34,398 bases of DNA. Source: Anaerolineae bacterium (GTDB lineage Bacteria; Chloroflexota; Anaerolineae; Epilineales; Epilineaceae). This document shows, piece by piece, positions 17,950-26,813 of the stretch (its first letter is position 1; each line of letters starts with the position of its first letter). Under the pieces are notes generated by a model. It did no database searches. It was given only the letters and a program-made list of their open reading frames with translations, and was not told the origin of the DNA. Location: positions 1-34,398 of the forward strand of contig JAJCYU010000315.1 in assembly GCA_029262755.1 (NCBI GenBank). Reading direction: 5' to 3'. The position numbers were made by a program, and so were the translations under genes.

Positions 17950-18551
17950 GCGACCAGCATCTCGAGATAGGGACGCATTACGTTATGGACGCGGCACACT
18001 CGGGCGTAACGATCCAGCTCGTCCATCGAGAGGCGGCCGTCCTGCCAGGATTCACGAAGTGCTTCCAACGCGACGTCGAGGCCGATCTTGTTTCGATACT
18101 TGAAGCAGTCGACTACGGTCTTCGCGACGCTGTAGATCCGGACGTCCTGACCCTCGATGGTGTGTACCTCGATTCCCTCGCGGAGAGCATCCCCAGAGAA
18201 TCGTACGATGTGCAGCGGTGGGTACCCGAGCGCGGGCCGGCGCGCTCGCCGGTCGATGGCCATCCAGACGTCGGCGGGCAGCTGGGTGCCGATCTCGTGG
18301 AAGCCGAGCGCCGACAGGAGGCAAATCACGCCGTGCGGTACGGCGCGCGCCGCGATGCCAAGCGCGTGATGTTCGGTGATGGGCTGGTTGGGCAGCCGGT
18401 ACTGGCCGCGTGCAACACGTTCGAGGTGACCCTGCCGGACCAGCCGGCTGAGCACTTGGCTATGGATACCGGCGCTGGCCATTTCGGCAGCCGTCACCAT
18501 GGGCTTGCTCTTGGCTATCCGCAGGACGCGTTCAGTCTGTGTATCGAGCAT
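17946..18551 (-). CDS. abiEi: Type IV toxin-antitoxin antitoxin, AbiEi family (different subfamily from the left copy)
   Basis: L.RL...G.LERVARGQY wHTH, GVICLLSAL.FH.I.TQLP, KTVVDCFKYRNKIGLDVALEAL and MRPYLE motifs. Confidence 0.92.
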   Translation of the reverse strand: MLDTQTERVLRIAKSKPMVTAAEMASAGIHSQVLSRLVRQGHLERVARGQYRLPNQPITEHHALGIAARAVPHGVICLLSALGFHEIGTQLPADVWMAIDRRARRPALGYPPLHIVRFSGDALREGIEVHTIEGQDVRIYSVAKTVVDCFKYRNKIGLDVALEALRESWQDGRLSMDELDRYARVCRVHNVMRPYLEMLVA

Positions 18552-18595
18552 GTGTTAGATGGTAGCTGGCCGCGCACTAATGTCAACGGTTACAC
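18552..18595 (-). promoter_or_regulatory. Sigma70-type promoter of the right abiE operon, probably leaderless
   Basis: On the minus strand: TTGACA (18586-18581), 16 nt, TACCAT (18564-18559), then 7 nt to the ATG with no SD. An imperfect palindrome GTGTAACCGTTGACAT overlaps the -35. Confidence 0.65.
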
Positions 18596-18621
18596 ACGTC
18601 GATTCGACCAGATGACGAGTA

Positions 18622-19575
18622 TCAGTCCGCCGCCCCGTCCGGCGGCCAGCGCCCCTCGACGATTGGCGCGAGCACCTCGCGTGGCAGCCAACCGCTGTCG
18701 CCCCCGCCTGTACCCGGTAGCGCGACGCGCAGCCAGCGGCCCTGGCGCTCGAGCAGGCGCGCCTCGCTGGCCGGCGCCACCGCGAAGCCTTCGCCGACGG
18801 CCACGCCGGGCCCCGGCCTGACCTCGGCCGGCGCCAGCACGATCGCGCGGGGTGCGCGCGACTCCGTGGCGTCACGGGCGAGCAAGGCTGAGCCGGCCAG
18901 CGCCACGAACCCGAGCCCGCAGAGCGCGGCGCTCAGCGCGAGGCTGCGATGGCGGCGCGCCTGTGTCCTCCAAGCCCCGTAGCCGGCCAGCAGGGCGAGG
19001 CTCCAGCCGGTCAACAAGACGAAGAGCAATTCGTCCGCCGTCGCAAAGCGCCGGGAGACCGCGGCCCAACGGGCGCCGACCGTGTCCGGCGCGGTCGGCG
19101 CAGGCGCGGCGGCTTCGGCGCGCGCCCTTGCCAGGCCCGCGCGCAGGCTGCGGTCGCGCGGCGCTCGCTCGAGGCCGCGATGGAAGGCGAGGGCGGCGCG
19201 GCCCGGCTCACCGGCGGCCAGATAGGCCGAGCCGAGATTCTCGTACAGCGCCGGTGTCTCTGCGCCCGCGGCGACGGCTCGTCGCCAGGCATCCGCGGCC
19301 GCGCCGTAGTCTCCCTGTTGGTAGCTCTGCTGCCCCGCGGACACAAGGCCGCCGATGGCCGAAGGCGGGAGTTCCTCCTGGGCGGCGGCGGGGAGCGGTG
19401 CAAGGAGTGCTACGAGGAGCGATGTCAAAAGCGCGAGGGGCAGGGAGTGCGCGAGCATCCGCCCACGGGCCGGGCCTACGCCGCCGGATCTCCGCGATCC
19501 CCGCAAACCCCGCGGCCCCCGCAACTCCCGCGATCCCCGCGGCCGCGGCACATGCCGCTGGGCCGAGACGCTCAC
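18622..19575 (-). CDS. batE: BatE-like TPR + membrane + SH3b-like protein
   Basis: Signal-like stretch, TPR (YQQGDYGAA, LYENLGSAYL), two hydrophobic segments, and a C-terminal SH3b-like AEVRPGPG...WLRV.L...GWLP. Last gene of the moxR-vWA operon. Start is either GTG 19575 (coupled) or ATG 19458. Confidence 0.75.
   Translation of the reverse strand: MSVSAQRHVPRPRGSRELRGPRGLRGSRRSGGVGPARGRMLAHSLPLALLTSLLVALLAPLPAAAQEELPPSAIGGLVSAGQQSYQQGDYGAAADAWRRAVAAGAETPALYENLGSAYLAAGEPGRAALAFHRGLERAPRDRSLRAGLARARAEAAAPAPTAPDTVGARWAAVSRRFATADELLFVLLTGWSLALLAGYGAWRTQARRHRSLALSAALCGLGFVALAGSALLARDATESRAPRAIVLAPAEVRPGPGVAVGEGFAVAPASEARLLERQGRWLRVALPGTGGGDSGWLPREVLAPIVEGRWPPDGAAD
19492..19545. repeat. Six degenerate 9-bp tandem repeats (CCGCnnnnn) at the batD/batE junction
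   Basis: ccgcgatcc ccgcaaacc ccgcggccc ccgcaactc ccgcgatcc ccgcggccg. Confidence 0.75.
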
Positions 19576-21728
19576 GTCCCACCTTCCTGGTCGTCTTCGG
19601 TCGGGGCGACGGCTGCGTCACCTGTGGTGCCGCTCGCCGTGGCGCCGACGATCGCCGCGGCGCGGTCGTGCTCTTCGACCCGCCGCAGCCATTCCTCGGC
19701 CAGCGCGGCCGCCGCGTCCAGCAAAGCCTCGTCGGCCGCGCCGGCCGCCGCTTGATCCGCAGCGTTGCCGGCGAAGCGGAAGCCGTCGATATCGCCGTGC
19801 AAGGCCATCGTTCGCGCGACGAGAGTCGTGCCGGCGGCCGTCGACTGGGCGACCGTCGAACCCACACCCGTTGAATGAGCACCCGCGGACCGAGCATCCG
19901 TGGTTCGCGACGGCGACGTGGATCCTTCCCCCACCTCCGCCAGCGCTTCCCCGAGCCGTGCGCGCGTCAGGCCGGCTGTCGGGCGGCCGATGGCCAGCGA
20001 GAGCGCGGCGTCGAGGGCCTTGCCCGCCGCTGCCGGCGCCGCGACGCTGCCGCTGCGGCCTGCCGCGATGTGGGATGCGACCTGGGCGCGGACCGGGCCC
20101 ACCCGATCGGCTGCGATCCGGGCGCGCTGGAGGGCGCCGGCGCGGCGTCGGCCGATGTCGGCTCCGATGAGGGCGATCGGCAGCAGCAAGAGCATCCACG
20201 GCCAGAGACGCGGCGAGCGATCTGCAAGAAGCGCAGCGGCCTCTGCATCCTCGATCGGGCGGAGGCGTCGCGGCCCTTCCGGGAAGGGGCTTGGTTCGAC
20301 CCCTGCCTCGGCGGCCGGTGCCGCTGGGATGTCCGTCGCGACCGGCTGTGCGGCCGACTCGTCCGGCGCGGCTCCGGCCAGAGGCGCGGCGTACAGGGAG
20401 ACGGGCTGGCCGGCGGCTACCTGATACGTGCCGGCGACCGGCTCGAAGAAAGGGAGCTCGATGGCCGGCATGGTCACCGTGCCGGCTCGCTGCGGGATCA
20501 GCAGCCGCTGCCAGCGGCGCTCGCCCACGAGGCTCGTCGCGGTGGTGCGCGTGTTGGTGGTCGATCCCTCGTCGTAGGACAGCCAGCCTTCGATCTCGGG
20601 CCACGTCGGATCGGGCAACGTGTCGAGGTTGCCTTGGCCGGAAACCGTGACCTCAAGGCGGATGGGCTGATCCACCTGCGTGGAGGTCTTGTCGACGGCG
20701 GCGGTGAGCTGGTATTGGCCCACCGCGCCGTCGAATGCTTCGGGCGCATCGGGGGGCAATGGCTTCACGTTGAGTGTGACCGCCTCCGTGCGCAGGATCG
20801 TGCCGGCGAGATCGAGCGTGGCCGGCTCGATCTCGACCTCGCCCGCCGCGGTCGGGAACAGGAAGGTGCGCAGCTCGATGACCTCGTAACTCTGCCCGCC
20901 CACGCTGGTTGCATAACGACGTTGGTCGTCGGCCTCCTTGCGGTAGAGGCCGGTGAACTCCGGCGGCCCGTATGTGGCTCGCCGCTGGAGCCGGCGGCTC
21001 TGGTAGAAGCGGAAGGAATAGACGACCTGCTGGCCGACCCAGGGTTCGGCGACGTCGACCACAGCCTCGACGAAGTAGGCCCGGCCCAATGCGCCCCCTT
21101 GCGTCGGGGGCCTCGATTGCGGATCCCCCTGCGCGGGCCCGGTCCCGGGCGTGGCTTGCTGATCCACGGTCGGTGTGCGGCCCGGCGTCACGCGGATGGG
21201 TATGGCGCTGCTCGTATAGGTCGTCCCTTCCCATTCCAGGCGCACGGGCTCAATGGCGAGCATCCCGAAGCGCAGCGGCTGTAGCTCGTAGCGGTAGGTC
21301 ACGCGCGATCGGGCTTGGCCGCCCACGATGTTCAGCTGGCTGGACGTGCTCGAGGACATCAACGCGAAGTCCTCAAAGCTCGGCAGGATGGGTGCGGGTG
21401 TCGTGCCCGAGTCCACGTCGACCACGATCTCCAAGAGCAGGACGTCATCCGTGCTCACGTCCTCGCGATCGACGGTCACGGTGAGCGGTCCGGTCGTCTG
21501 CGCCGCCGCCCGGCCGGTGGGTTGGGCGAAGGGCAGGAGCAGCGCGAGCAGGAGCGTCGCAAGTCGGAGAGCGCGGGTGCACGCGAGTTCCAGGACGCTG
21601 CTGCAACGTCCCGTTCGACCGTGCTCGGCAGCGGTGCGAGCTAGTGCTCGGTTGCCGAACCCTGCGGATTCCGTGCACCCGAACAATCTCTGCCCTGCTC
21701 GCGAGCCTTTGACGATCATCCCGCTCAC
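19572..21728 (-). CDS. batD: BatD family protein
   Basis: Signal-like hydrophobic stretch, TVDR..V, SSS.SSQLNIVGG, Y.Y.L.P...G...I, V.PLP..AP..F.GAVGQY and GQGNL motifs, C-terminal TM helix. GTGA overlap with batC. True start uncertain because about 55 aa precede the signal peptide. Confidence 0.85.
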   Translation of the reverse strand: MSGMIVKGSRAGQRLFGCTESAGFGNRALARTAAEHGRTGRCSSVLELACTRALRLATLLLALLLPFAQPTGRAAAQTTGPLTVTVDREDVSTDDVLLLEIVVDVDSGTTPAPILPSFEDFALMSSSTSSQLNIVGGQARSRVTYRYELQPLRFGMLAIEPVRLEWEGTTYTSSAIPIRVTPGRTPTVDQQATPGTGPAQGDPQSRPPTQGGALGRAYFVEAVVDVAEPWVGQQVVYSFRFYQSRRLQRRATYGPPEFTGLYRKEADDQRRYATSVGGQSYEVIELRTFLFPTAAGEVEIEPATLDLAGTILRTEAVTLNVKPLPPDAPEAFDGAVGQYQLTAAVDKTSTQVDQPIRLEVTVSGQGNLDTLPDPTWPEIEGWLSYDEGSTTNTRTTATSLVGERRWQRLLIPQRAGTVTMPAIELPFFEPVAGTYQVAAGQPVSLYAAPLAGAAPDESAAQPVATDIPAAPAAEAGVEPSPFPEGPRRLRPIEDAEAAALLADRSPRLWPWMLLLLPIALIGADIGRRRAGALQRARIAADRVGPVRAQVASHIAAGRSGSVAAPAAAGKALDAALSLAIGRPTAGLTRARLGEALAEVGEGSTSPSRTTDARSAGAHSTGVGSTVAQSTAAGTTLVARTMALHGDIDGFRFAGNAADQAAAGAADEALLDAAAALAEEWLRRVEEHDRAAAIVGATASGTTGDAAVAPTEDDQEGGT

Positions 21729-22606
21729 CAATCCTTGCTCGAGCGCTGCCCGCTGGCAGGCATCTGCATTTGCAGGACCTGTTGCAGCGAGCGCGAATCA
21801 CCGCCAAGTGCGCGCAAGAGCCGGCGTGCTTGTTCGGGCGTCATCCCCTCCAGCGCTTCCTGCAAGGCCGCGGCCTGTTCCTCGGTCAACTCGCCTTCCT
21901 CGTCGGAAGCCTCGCCCCCGGAATCGGCACGGGAACCCTCCTGCTGCTCGGCCTCCTCGCCTCCCTCGCCCTCTTGCTCCTCGCCCTCCTGCTGCGACCC
22001 GTCGGACGGATCTTCCTCGCTCTCGCCTTCTTCCTGCTCCTGCCCCTCTTGCCCGTCTTCGCCCTCCTGCTGCTGGCCCTCCTCGCCCTCCTCTTCCCCT
22101 TCCTGGCCTTCTTCGCCCTGCTCCTCTGACTCGCCCTCCTCGCTCTCCTGCTGCTGGTTCTGCATGGCCATCGCGAGCTCGAGATCGTGGCGGGCGTCTT
22201 CGTCGCTCGGGTCGAGGCGGAGGGCTTCGCGGAAGGCTTCGATGGCGGTCTCGATGTCTCCGCCGAGTAGAGACGCCGCGCCGAGGTCGAAGAAGGCGCG
22301 GGCGGCCAGGGGGCCGCGCGCCTTGGCCGCGCCGCGCCGGAAGGCCTCGATAGCGCCCTCGAATTGCTCGGCGCGTAGGCGTGCGAGGCCCGTGTTGATC
22401 CAGGCGGCTGCCGAATCGGCGTCTTCGGCAATCGCGGCCTGATACCAGGCTTCCGCGGAGGCGAAATCGCCCGCGGAAAAAGCGGCGTTGCCCGTCGCGA
22501 TGGCTTCCTCCTGCGGTGCGTTGCAGCCTGCGCTCGCCAAGCCGGTCATCACGAGCAATAGCGGTAGTAGACGGCGGAAGGCGGGGCGAAGGTTGGAAGG
22601 GCTCAT
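21725..22606 (-). CDS. batC: BatC-like TPR protein with acidic Glu/Gln-rich tail, possible lipoprotein
   Basis: Lipobox-like SAG-C, TPRs (GNAAFSAGDF, EALRLDPSDEDARHDLELA), E/Q/G low-complexity region, MTPEQARRLL and C-terminal KDW. Confidence 0.85.
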   Translation of the reverse strand: MSPSNLRPAFRRLLPLLLVMTGLASAGCNAPQEEAIATGNAAFSAGDFASAEAWYQAAIAEDADSAAAWINTGLARLRAEQFEGAIEAFRRGAAKARGPLAARAFFDLGAASLLGGDIETAIEAFREALRLDPSDEDARHDLELAMAMQNQQQESEEGESEEQGEEGQEGEEEGEEGQQQEGEDGQEGQEQEEGESEEDPSDGSQQEGEEQEGEGGEEAEQQEGSRADSGGEASDEEGELTEEQAAALQEALEGMTPEQARRLLRALGGDSRSLQQVLQMQMPASGQRSSKDW

Positions 22607-23646
22607 GCGATCGCCTCATCGGTCGAAGCGCGGTGCAGCGCGCGCTCGGTTGGGTGTCGATCCGGCATCCACTCCGCCGCGAACAGGAGGAGGGCGGCAA
22701 GGGCAAGAAACCAGGGAAAGCGTTCGGTGCGCAAGCTCTCTAGGCTGCTCTCCACGCTGCCCTGTTCCAGGCCTTCCAGGGAGGTGATCAGGTGCTCGAG
22801 GCCGTCGGCCGCAGCGCCAGACCGCCAGTATGCGCCGCCGCTGATCTCGGTCATCTCGCGCAGCGTCGTCTCGTCCAGACGGCTCACCACGAGCTGTCCG
22901 GTCTCGTCACCACGATAGCCACGAAGCTGCCCTCGCGCATCGAAGACCGGAACCTGTGCGCCTTCGGGCGAGCCGTAGCCGATGGCGTAAATCCGCACGC
23001 CGGCCTCCTCCGCCTCGCGCGCCGCGTCCAGCGGATCGGTCTCGTGGTCCTCGCCGTCGGTTAGGAGCACGATGGCCTTGTCGCCCGGGCGCCGGTCGTC
23101 GAACGCGCGCAGCGCCGTGCGGACGGCATCGCCGATCGCCGTGCCCGGCTGCGAGATCGTCTCGGGGCGGGCGGCATCCAGGAAGCCGCGGGCCGTGGCG
23201 TAGTCCGAGGTCAGCGGCAGTTGCACGAAGCTCGCGCCGGAGAAGAGCACGAGCGCGATCTCGTCGCCACCCAGGCGGTTCATCAGCTCCGCGATCTCCA
23301 GCTTGGCCCGCTCGAGGCGGCTCGGGCGCAGATCCTGGGCCAGCATGCTGTTGGAAACATCCAGGGCGACCACCACTTGCAGGCCTTCGGACTGGACGAT
23401 GCCTTCCTTGCTGCCCCATTGCGGTCGGGCGATGGCGACGATCACGAGGGCCAGGGCCGACAGGCGCAGCACCGTGCGGGCAAGGCGCCGCCTGTGGCTC
23501 GCGCCGGCCATCAGTCGCGCGACCAACTCGGCATCACCGAGGCGTGCGACGGCCTCGGCGCGGCGGCCCGCGGCCGCGTAGGCCAGCCAGGCGAAGAAGG
23601 GGACGAGCAGCAGGGCCCACAGAGCCGCGGGTCGGGCGAAGCTCAC
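22603..23646 (-). CDS. batB: BatB-like vWA domain membrane protein
   Basis: GTGA-coupled start (VSFARP). IARPQWG, MIDAS DVSNSM, PSRLERAK, PLTSD, GTAIG and LLTDGED motifs, C-terminal TM helix. Confidence 0.9.
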   Translation of the reverse strand: MSFARPAALWALLLVPFFAWLAYAAAGRRAEAVARLGDAELVARLMAGASHRRRLARTVLRLSALALVIVAIARPQWGSKEGIVQSEGLQVVVALDVSNSMLAQDLRPSRLERAKLEIAELMNRLGGDEIALVLFSGASFVQLPLTSDYATARGFLDAARPETISQPGTAIGDAVRTALRAFDDRRPGDKAIVLLTDGEDHETDPLDAAREAEEAGVRIYAIGYGSPEGAQVPVFDARGQLRGYRGDETGQLVVSRLDETTLREMTEISGGAYWRSGAAADGLEHLITSLEGLEQGSVESSLESLRTERFPWFLALAALLLFAAEWMPDRHPTERALHRASTDEAIA

Positions 23647-24653
23647 GGCAGCCTCCGTAGCCAGGTCGCGCGCAGGCCAAGATCCAGGGCCAGCAGCAGT
23701 GCGGCCGGCCACAGGAGATAGGCCGCCAACTCGCGGTATCGCGCCCAGGAACGCACCTCGACCTCGCTCTGCTCCAGCGCGTCGATCTCGGCGTAGATCG
23801 ATGCCAGGCCTTGTGCGTTGGTAGCGCGGTAGTAGCGGCCGCCCGTGGCCTCGGCGATGCCCTGGAGCGTCTCCTCGTCCAACTCGCTCTCGACGTAGAC
23901 GATCCGCTGTCCGAAGAAGGAATCCATGGGTATGGGGACCTGGCCTGGACGGCCCATGCCGATCGTGTACACGCGGATACCCAAGGCTTCAGCCGCCGTG
24001 GCCGCGGTGAGCGGGTCGATCTCGCCGGCGTTGTTGGCGCCGTCGGTCAGGAGGATCACGATGCGGCTTTCGACGTCGGAGCTCTCGAGCATGGCCGCCG
24101 CATTGGCGAGGCCGAGGCCGATGGCCGTGCCGTCCTGCACGCCCAGCTTCGTCGCGAGGTCGATCTGGTCCAGTTGGCGCTCGAGCACGAGGTGATCGAC
24201 CGTCGGCGGGCTTTGGTCGAAGGCCGTCCGCGCGAACACCACGAGGCCGATGCGGTCGAAGTCGCGCCGCTGGACGAAGTCGCGGATCACCTCGCGTGCC
24301 GCCTCGAGCCGGTTCTCGGGCTCGAAGTCGAGCGATGCCATGCTGCCCGAGATGTCCAAGGCCACCACGATGTCGACGCCCTCGCCCTCGATCACCTCCT
24401 GCGTGTGCCCCGTCTGCGGCCGGGCCATGCCGACGATCACAAGCGCGAGAGCCCCCATCCGCAGCCCGTAAGGCAGGTTGCGCAGCCGCACCCGCAGCGG
24501 CGGGCGATCCGCGGAGCGCACGGGGCGGGTGTCGGCGAAGCGCAGGGCCGGCGCATCCCCCTTGCGCCCGAGGCTGCGCCGGCGCCGCAGCAGCAGCGGG
24601 AGCAGGAGGAGGCCGAGCAGCAACCACGGCGTCGCGAAGCGCAGCGTGTTCAT
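23643..24653 (-). CDS. batA: BatA-like vWA domain membrane protein
   Basis: FATPWLL, MARPQ, MIDAS DISGSM, NRLEAA, DRIGLVVF, DGTAIG.GL, LLTDGANNAG and TGGRYYRA motifs. ATGA-coupled. Confidence 0.92.
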   Translation of the reverse strand: MNTLRFATPWLLLGLLLLPLLLRRRRSLGRKGDAPALRFADTRPVRSADRPPLRVRLRNLPYGLRMGALALVIVGMARPQTGHTQEVIEGEGVDIVVALDISGSMASLDFEPENRLEAAREVIRDFVQRRDFDRIGLVVFARTAFDQSPPTVDHLVLERQLDQIDLATKLGVQDGTAIGLGLANAAAMLESSDVESRIVILLTDGANNAGEIDPLTAATAAEALGIRVYTIGMGRPGQVPIPMDSFFGQRIVYVESELDEETLQGIAEATGGRYYRATNAQGLASIYAEIDALEQSEVEVRSWARYRELAAYLLWPAALLLALDLGLRATWLRRLP

Positions 24654-25834
24654 GAGCGCGCGGCCCCCGACCCGTCGTCATCGGGATCGACAGCAGGGTC
24701 CACGGCAGGGGCGAATGCAGGACCGACAGCCGGACCGACAGCAGGGTGAACAGCAGGATCGACAGCAGGGGCGTCCGCAGCACCGTCCGCAGGAGTATCC
24801 ACCGAGGGCGCCGTCCGCACCGCCCACAGGCCATCGATCAAGATCCGCGCGCGGGGGATGGCGGCCTCGGCGGCCTCGATCCCCGGTTGCCACCCCGCGA
24901 ACTTCACCTGATCGGCCTCGTTCAGGAAGGCGATCAGGGCGGCGGCGGTGTCGCCCGGGATGGCCGGCGTGGCGCGTAGCGCGGTATCGGTCTCGCGCGT
25001 CGTGCGCTCGAGGGCCGGCACACCGTGGACCACCTCGAGGAAGGCGCGTAGGCACTCCGTGACCTGCGAATAGTGCTGTCGGAAGCGGCCCGCCGCCGGC
25101 AGCCTCATGGCCTCGGCGCGGTCGAGCAAGGCATGAGCCTGCTCGCGAGCATCCTGTGCGTCGAACGAGGGCGTCGACAACACTTCGTCGGGCTCCGGTC
25201 GCGCGAAGAAGCGGCGCACGGCGACCGACAGCACGCCGAGCAGCGCGGCGACGAGGATGCCGGCGACAAGGTAGCGTTGCCAGGCGGGACGCAGGTCCGC
25301 CTCGATCGGGGGGCGGGACGGCCGCGGTGCGAGGTCCTCAGGTTGCAGCACGGCGCTCACGTTGTAGGCCGCGCCGGGCACCACGAGGCTGCGCAACGAG
25401 CCATCCGCCGCGGCGAGGCGCACCCGAACGTCGGGCGCCCGCACGCTGCCGGTCATCCAGGCCGTGGCGCCCACTCGCAGCCGGGTCTGCGCGCCGTTGG
25501 GCCCCGCAAGGGTCTCGGGGGCCGCCGTCGACGCGATCTCGAAGTCACCCCACTCGGCCGACAGCTCGGGAAATAGCACCGTCTCATCCACGCCGTGCGC
25601 CACAGCCAGTGTGATGGTGAGCGGCTCGCCGATGCGCGCTCCCTGCGGATCGATCGTCATCTGGGCGGTGCCGGCATCCGCGCCGCTCGGGTCCTGCGCC
25701 TGCGCGAGGGTAGGCGCGCACAGCGCTGCGATCAGCGCGAACGCCATCAACAGGAACGGCGCGCGAGCCCGCCGGAGCGGGGATCGGGACCCAACGGGGG
25801 AGGCTAGCGCATGACGCCACGAGAAGAAGCTCAT
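24650..25834 (-). CDS. Conserved bat-operon membrane protein (between DUF58 and batA)
   Basis: Signal-like segment, Ig-like N-terminal region (IGEPLTITL), central TM helix, LRAFLE...ALERTT.E and ADQVKFA motifs. ATG 25834 chosen; ATG 25748 is an alternative. Confidence 0.75.
   Translation of the reverse strand: MSFFSWRHALASPVGSRSPLRRARAPFLLMAFALIAALCAPTLAQAQDPSGADAGTAQMTIDPQGARIGEPLTITLAVAHGVDETVLFPELSAEWGDFEIASTAAPETLAGPNGAQTRLRVGATAWMTGSVRAPDVRVRLAAADGSLRSLVVPGAAYNVSAVLQPEDLAPRPSRPPIEADLRPAWQRYLVAGILVAALLGVLSVAVRRFFARPEPDEVLSTPSFDAQDAREQAHALLDRAEAMRLPAAGRFRQHYSQVTECLRAFLEVVHGVPALERTTRETDTALRATPAIPGDTAAALIAFLNEADQVKFAGWQPGIEAAEAAIPRARILIDGLWAVRTAPSVDTPADGAADAPAVDPAVHPAVGPAVGPAFAPAVDPAVDPDDDGSGAARS
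24686..24793. repeat. Nine degenerate 12-bp tandem repeats encoding PAVD/PAVG-type tetrapeptides
   Basis: atcgacagcagg gtccacggcagg ggcgaatgcagg accgacagccgg accgacagcagg gtgaacagcagg atcgacagcagg ggcgtccgcagc accgtccgcagg. Confidence 0.85.
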
Positions 25835-25850
25835 CGAGGTCCGCGGCGCC

Positions 25851-26741
25851 TCAACGCCGTCGCCGCCGCCGCGTGCGGCGACGGAAGAAGGAGGCCAGCG
25901 CATCCGCGTAATCCTCGCCACCGCTGACGCGAATGCGGTCGACGCCGGCATCGCGCATGGCCGCGCGCAGGCCGTCGGCGCGGGTGTCGCGCCGCGCTTC
26001 GAAGGCCGCGCGCCACGTTGCATCCGAGGTGTCGACCCACAGCCGCTCCCCGGTCTCGGCGTCCTCGAGGCTGATCAGGCCGACATCGGGGATGTCGGAC
26101 TCCAGCGGATCGTGCAGCTCGACCCCGACCAGGTCGTGGCGGCGGGCGGTGCGGCGCAGCGCGTCGTGGAATGCCGCCGGATCCGCAGCGAAGTCGGACA
26201 CCAAGAAGACGATGCCGCGCCGGTTGAGTATGCGGTTCACCGTATCCAGCGCCTCGGCGATGTCGGTTCCGCGGCCGCTCGGTTGGAAGGCGAGCAGCTC
26301 GCGCACGAGGCGCAGCACGTGACGGCGCCCTTTGCGCGGCGGCACGATCAACTCGATCTGGTCGCTGAAGATCAACAGCCCGACGCGGTCGTCGTTGGTC
26401 GTGGCCGCGAAGGCCAGCACGGCCGAGAGCTCGGCGGCCAGGTCGCGCTTCCAACGGCCGACGCTGCCGAAGTCGAAGGACGCGCTGGCATCCACGACCA
26501 GCATGACCGTCAGCTCGCGCTCCTCCACGAAGCGCTTGACGTGCACGCTGCCCGTGCGCGCCGTGACGTTCCAGTCGATCGTGCGCACCTCGTCGCCGAT
26601 CTGGTAGGGGCGCACCTCGTCGAAGGCCATGCCACGGCCTTTGAAGAGCGAGTGGTACTCGCCGGCGAAGGTGTCCTCGACCAGATGCCGCGTCTTGATC
26701 TCGATGCGCTTGATCTTGCGAACGAGCTCCGGTGTCAGCAC
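25851..26741 (-). CDS. DUF58 domain protein (MoxR-associated, vWA-like)
   Basis: GEYHSLFKGRGMAFDEVRPYQ.GD.VR.IDWNVTAR, VKRFVEERE, DASAS, SDF and DAETGE motifs. Confidence 0.93.
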   Translation of the reverse strand: MLTPELVRKIKRIEIKTRHLVEDTFAGEYHSLFKGRGMAFDEVRPYQIGDEVRTIDWNVTARTGSVHVKRFVEERELTVMLVVDASASFDFGSVGRWKRDLAAELSAVLAFAATTNDDRVGLLIFSDQIELIVPPRKGRRHVLRLVRELLAFQPSGRGTDIAEALDTVNRILNRRGIVFLVSDFAADPAAFHDALRRTARRHDLVGVELHDPLESDIPDVGLISLEDAETGERLWVDTSDATWRAAFEARRDTRADGLRAAMRDAGVDRIRVSGGEDYADALASFFRRRTRRRRRR

Positions 26742-26813
26742 AGGTCGGCCTTGGTGTCGGCGGCGGGGCGAGACGAGGTCGCGAGCTGGTCCGGCCGCGT
26801 CAGCCGGCGGGCA

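Noticed and set aside
21880..22160. Highly repetitive CT-rich tract
   Set aside because: Explained by the Glu/Gln/Gly low-complexity tail normal for BatC; not a CRISPR array or DNA element.
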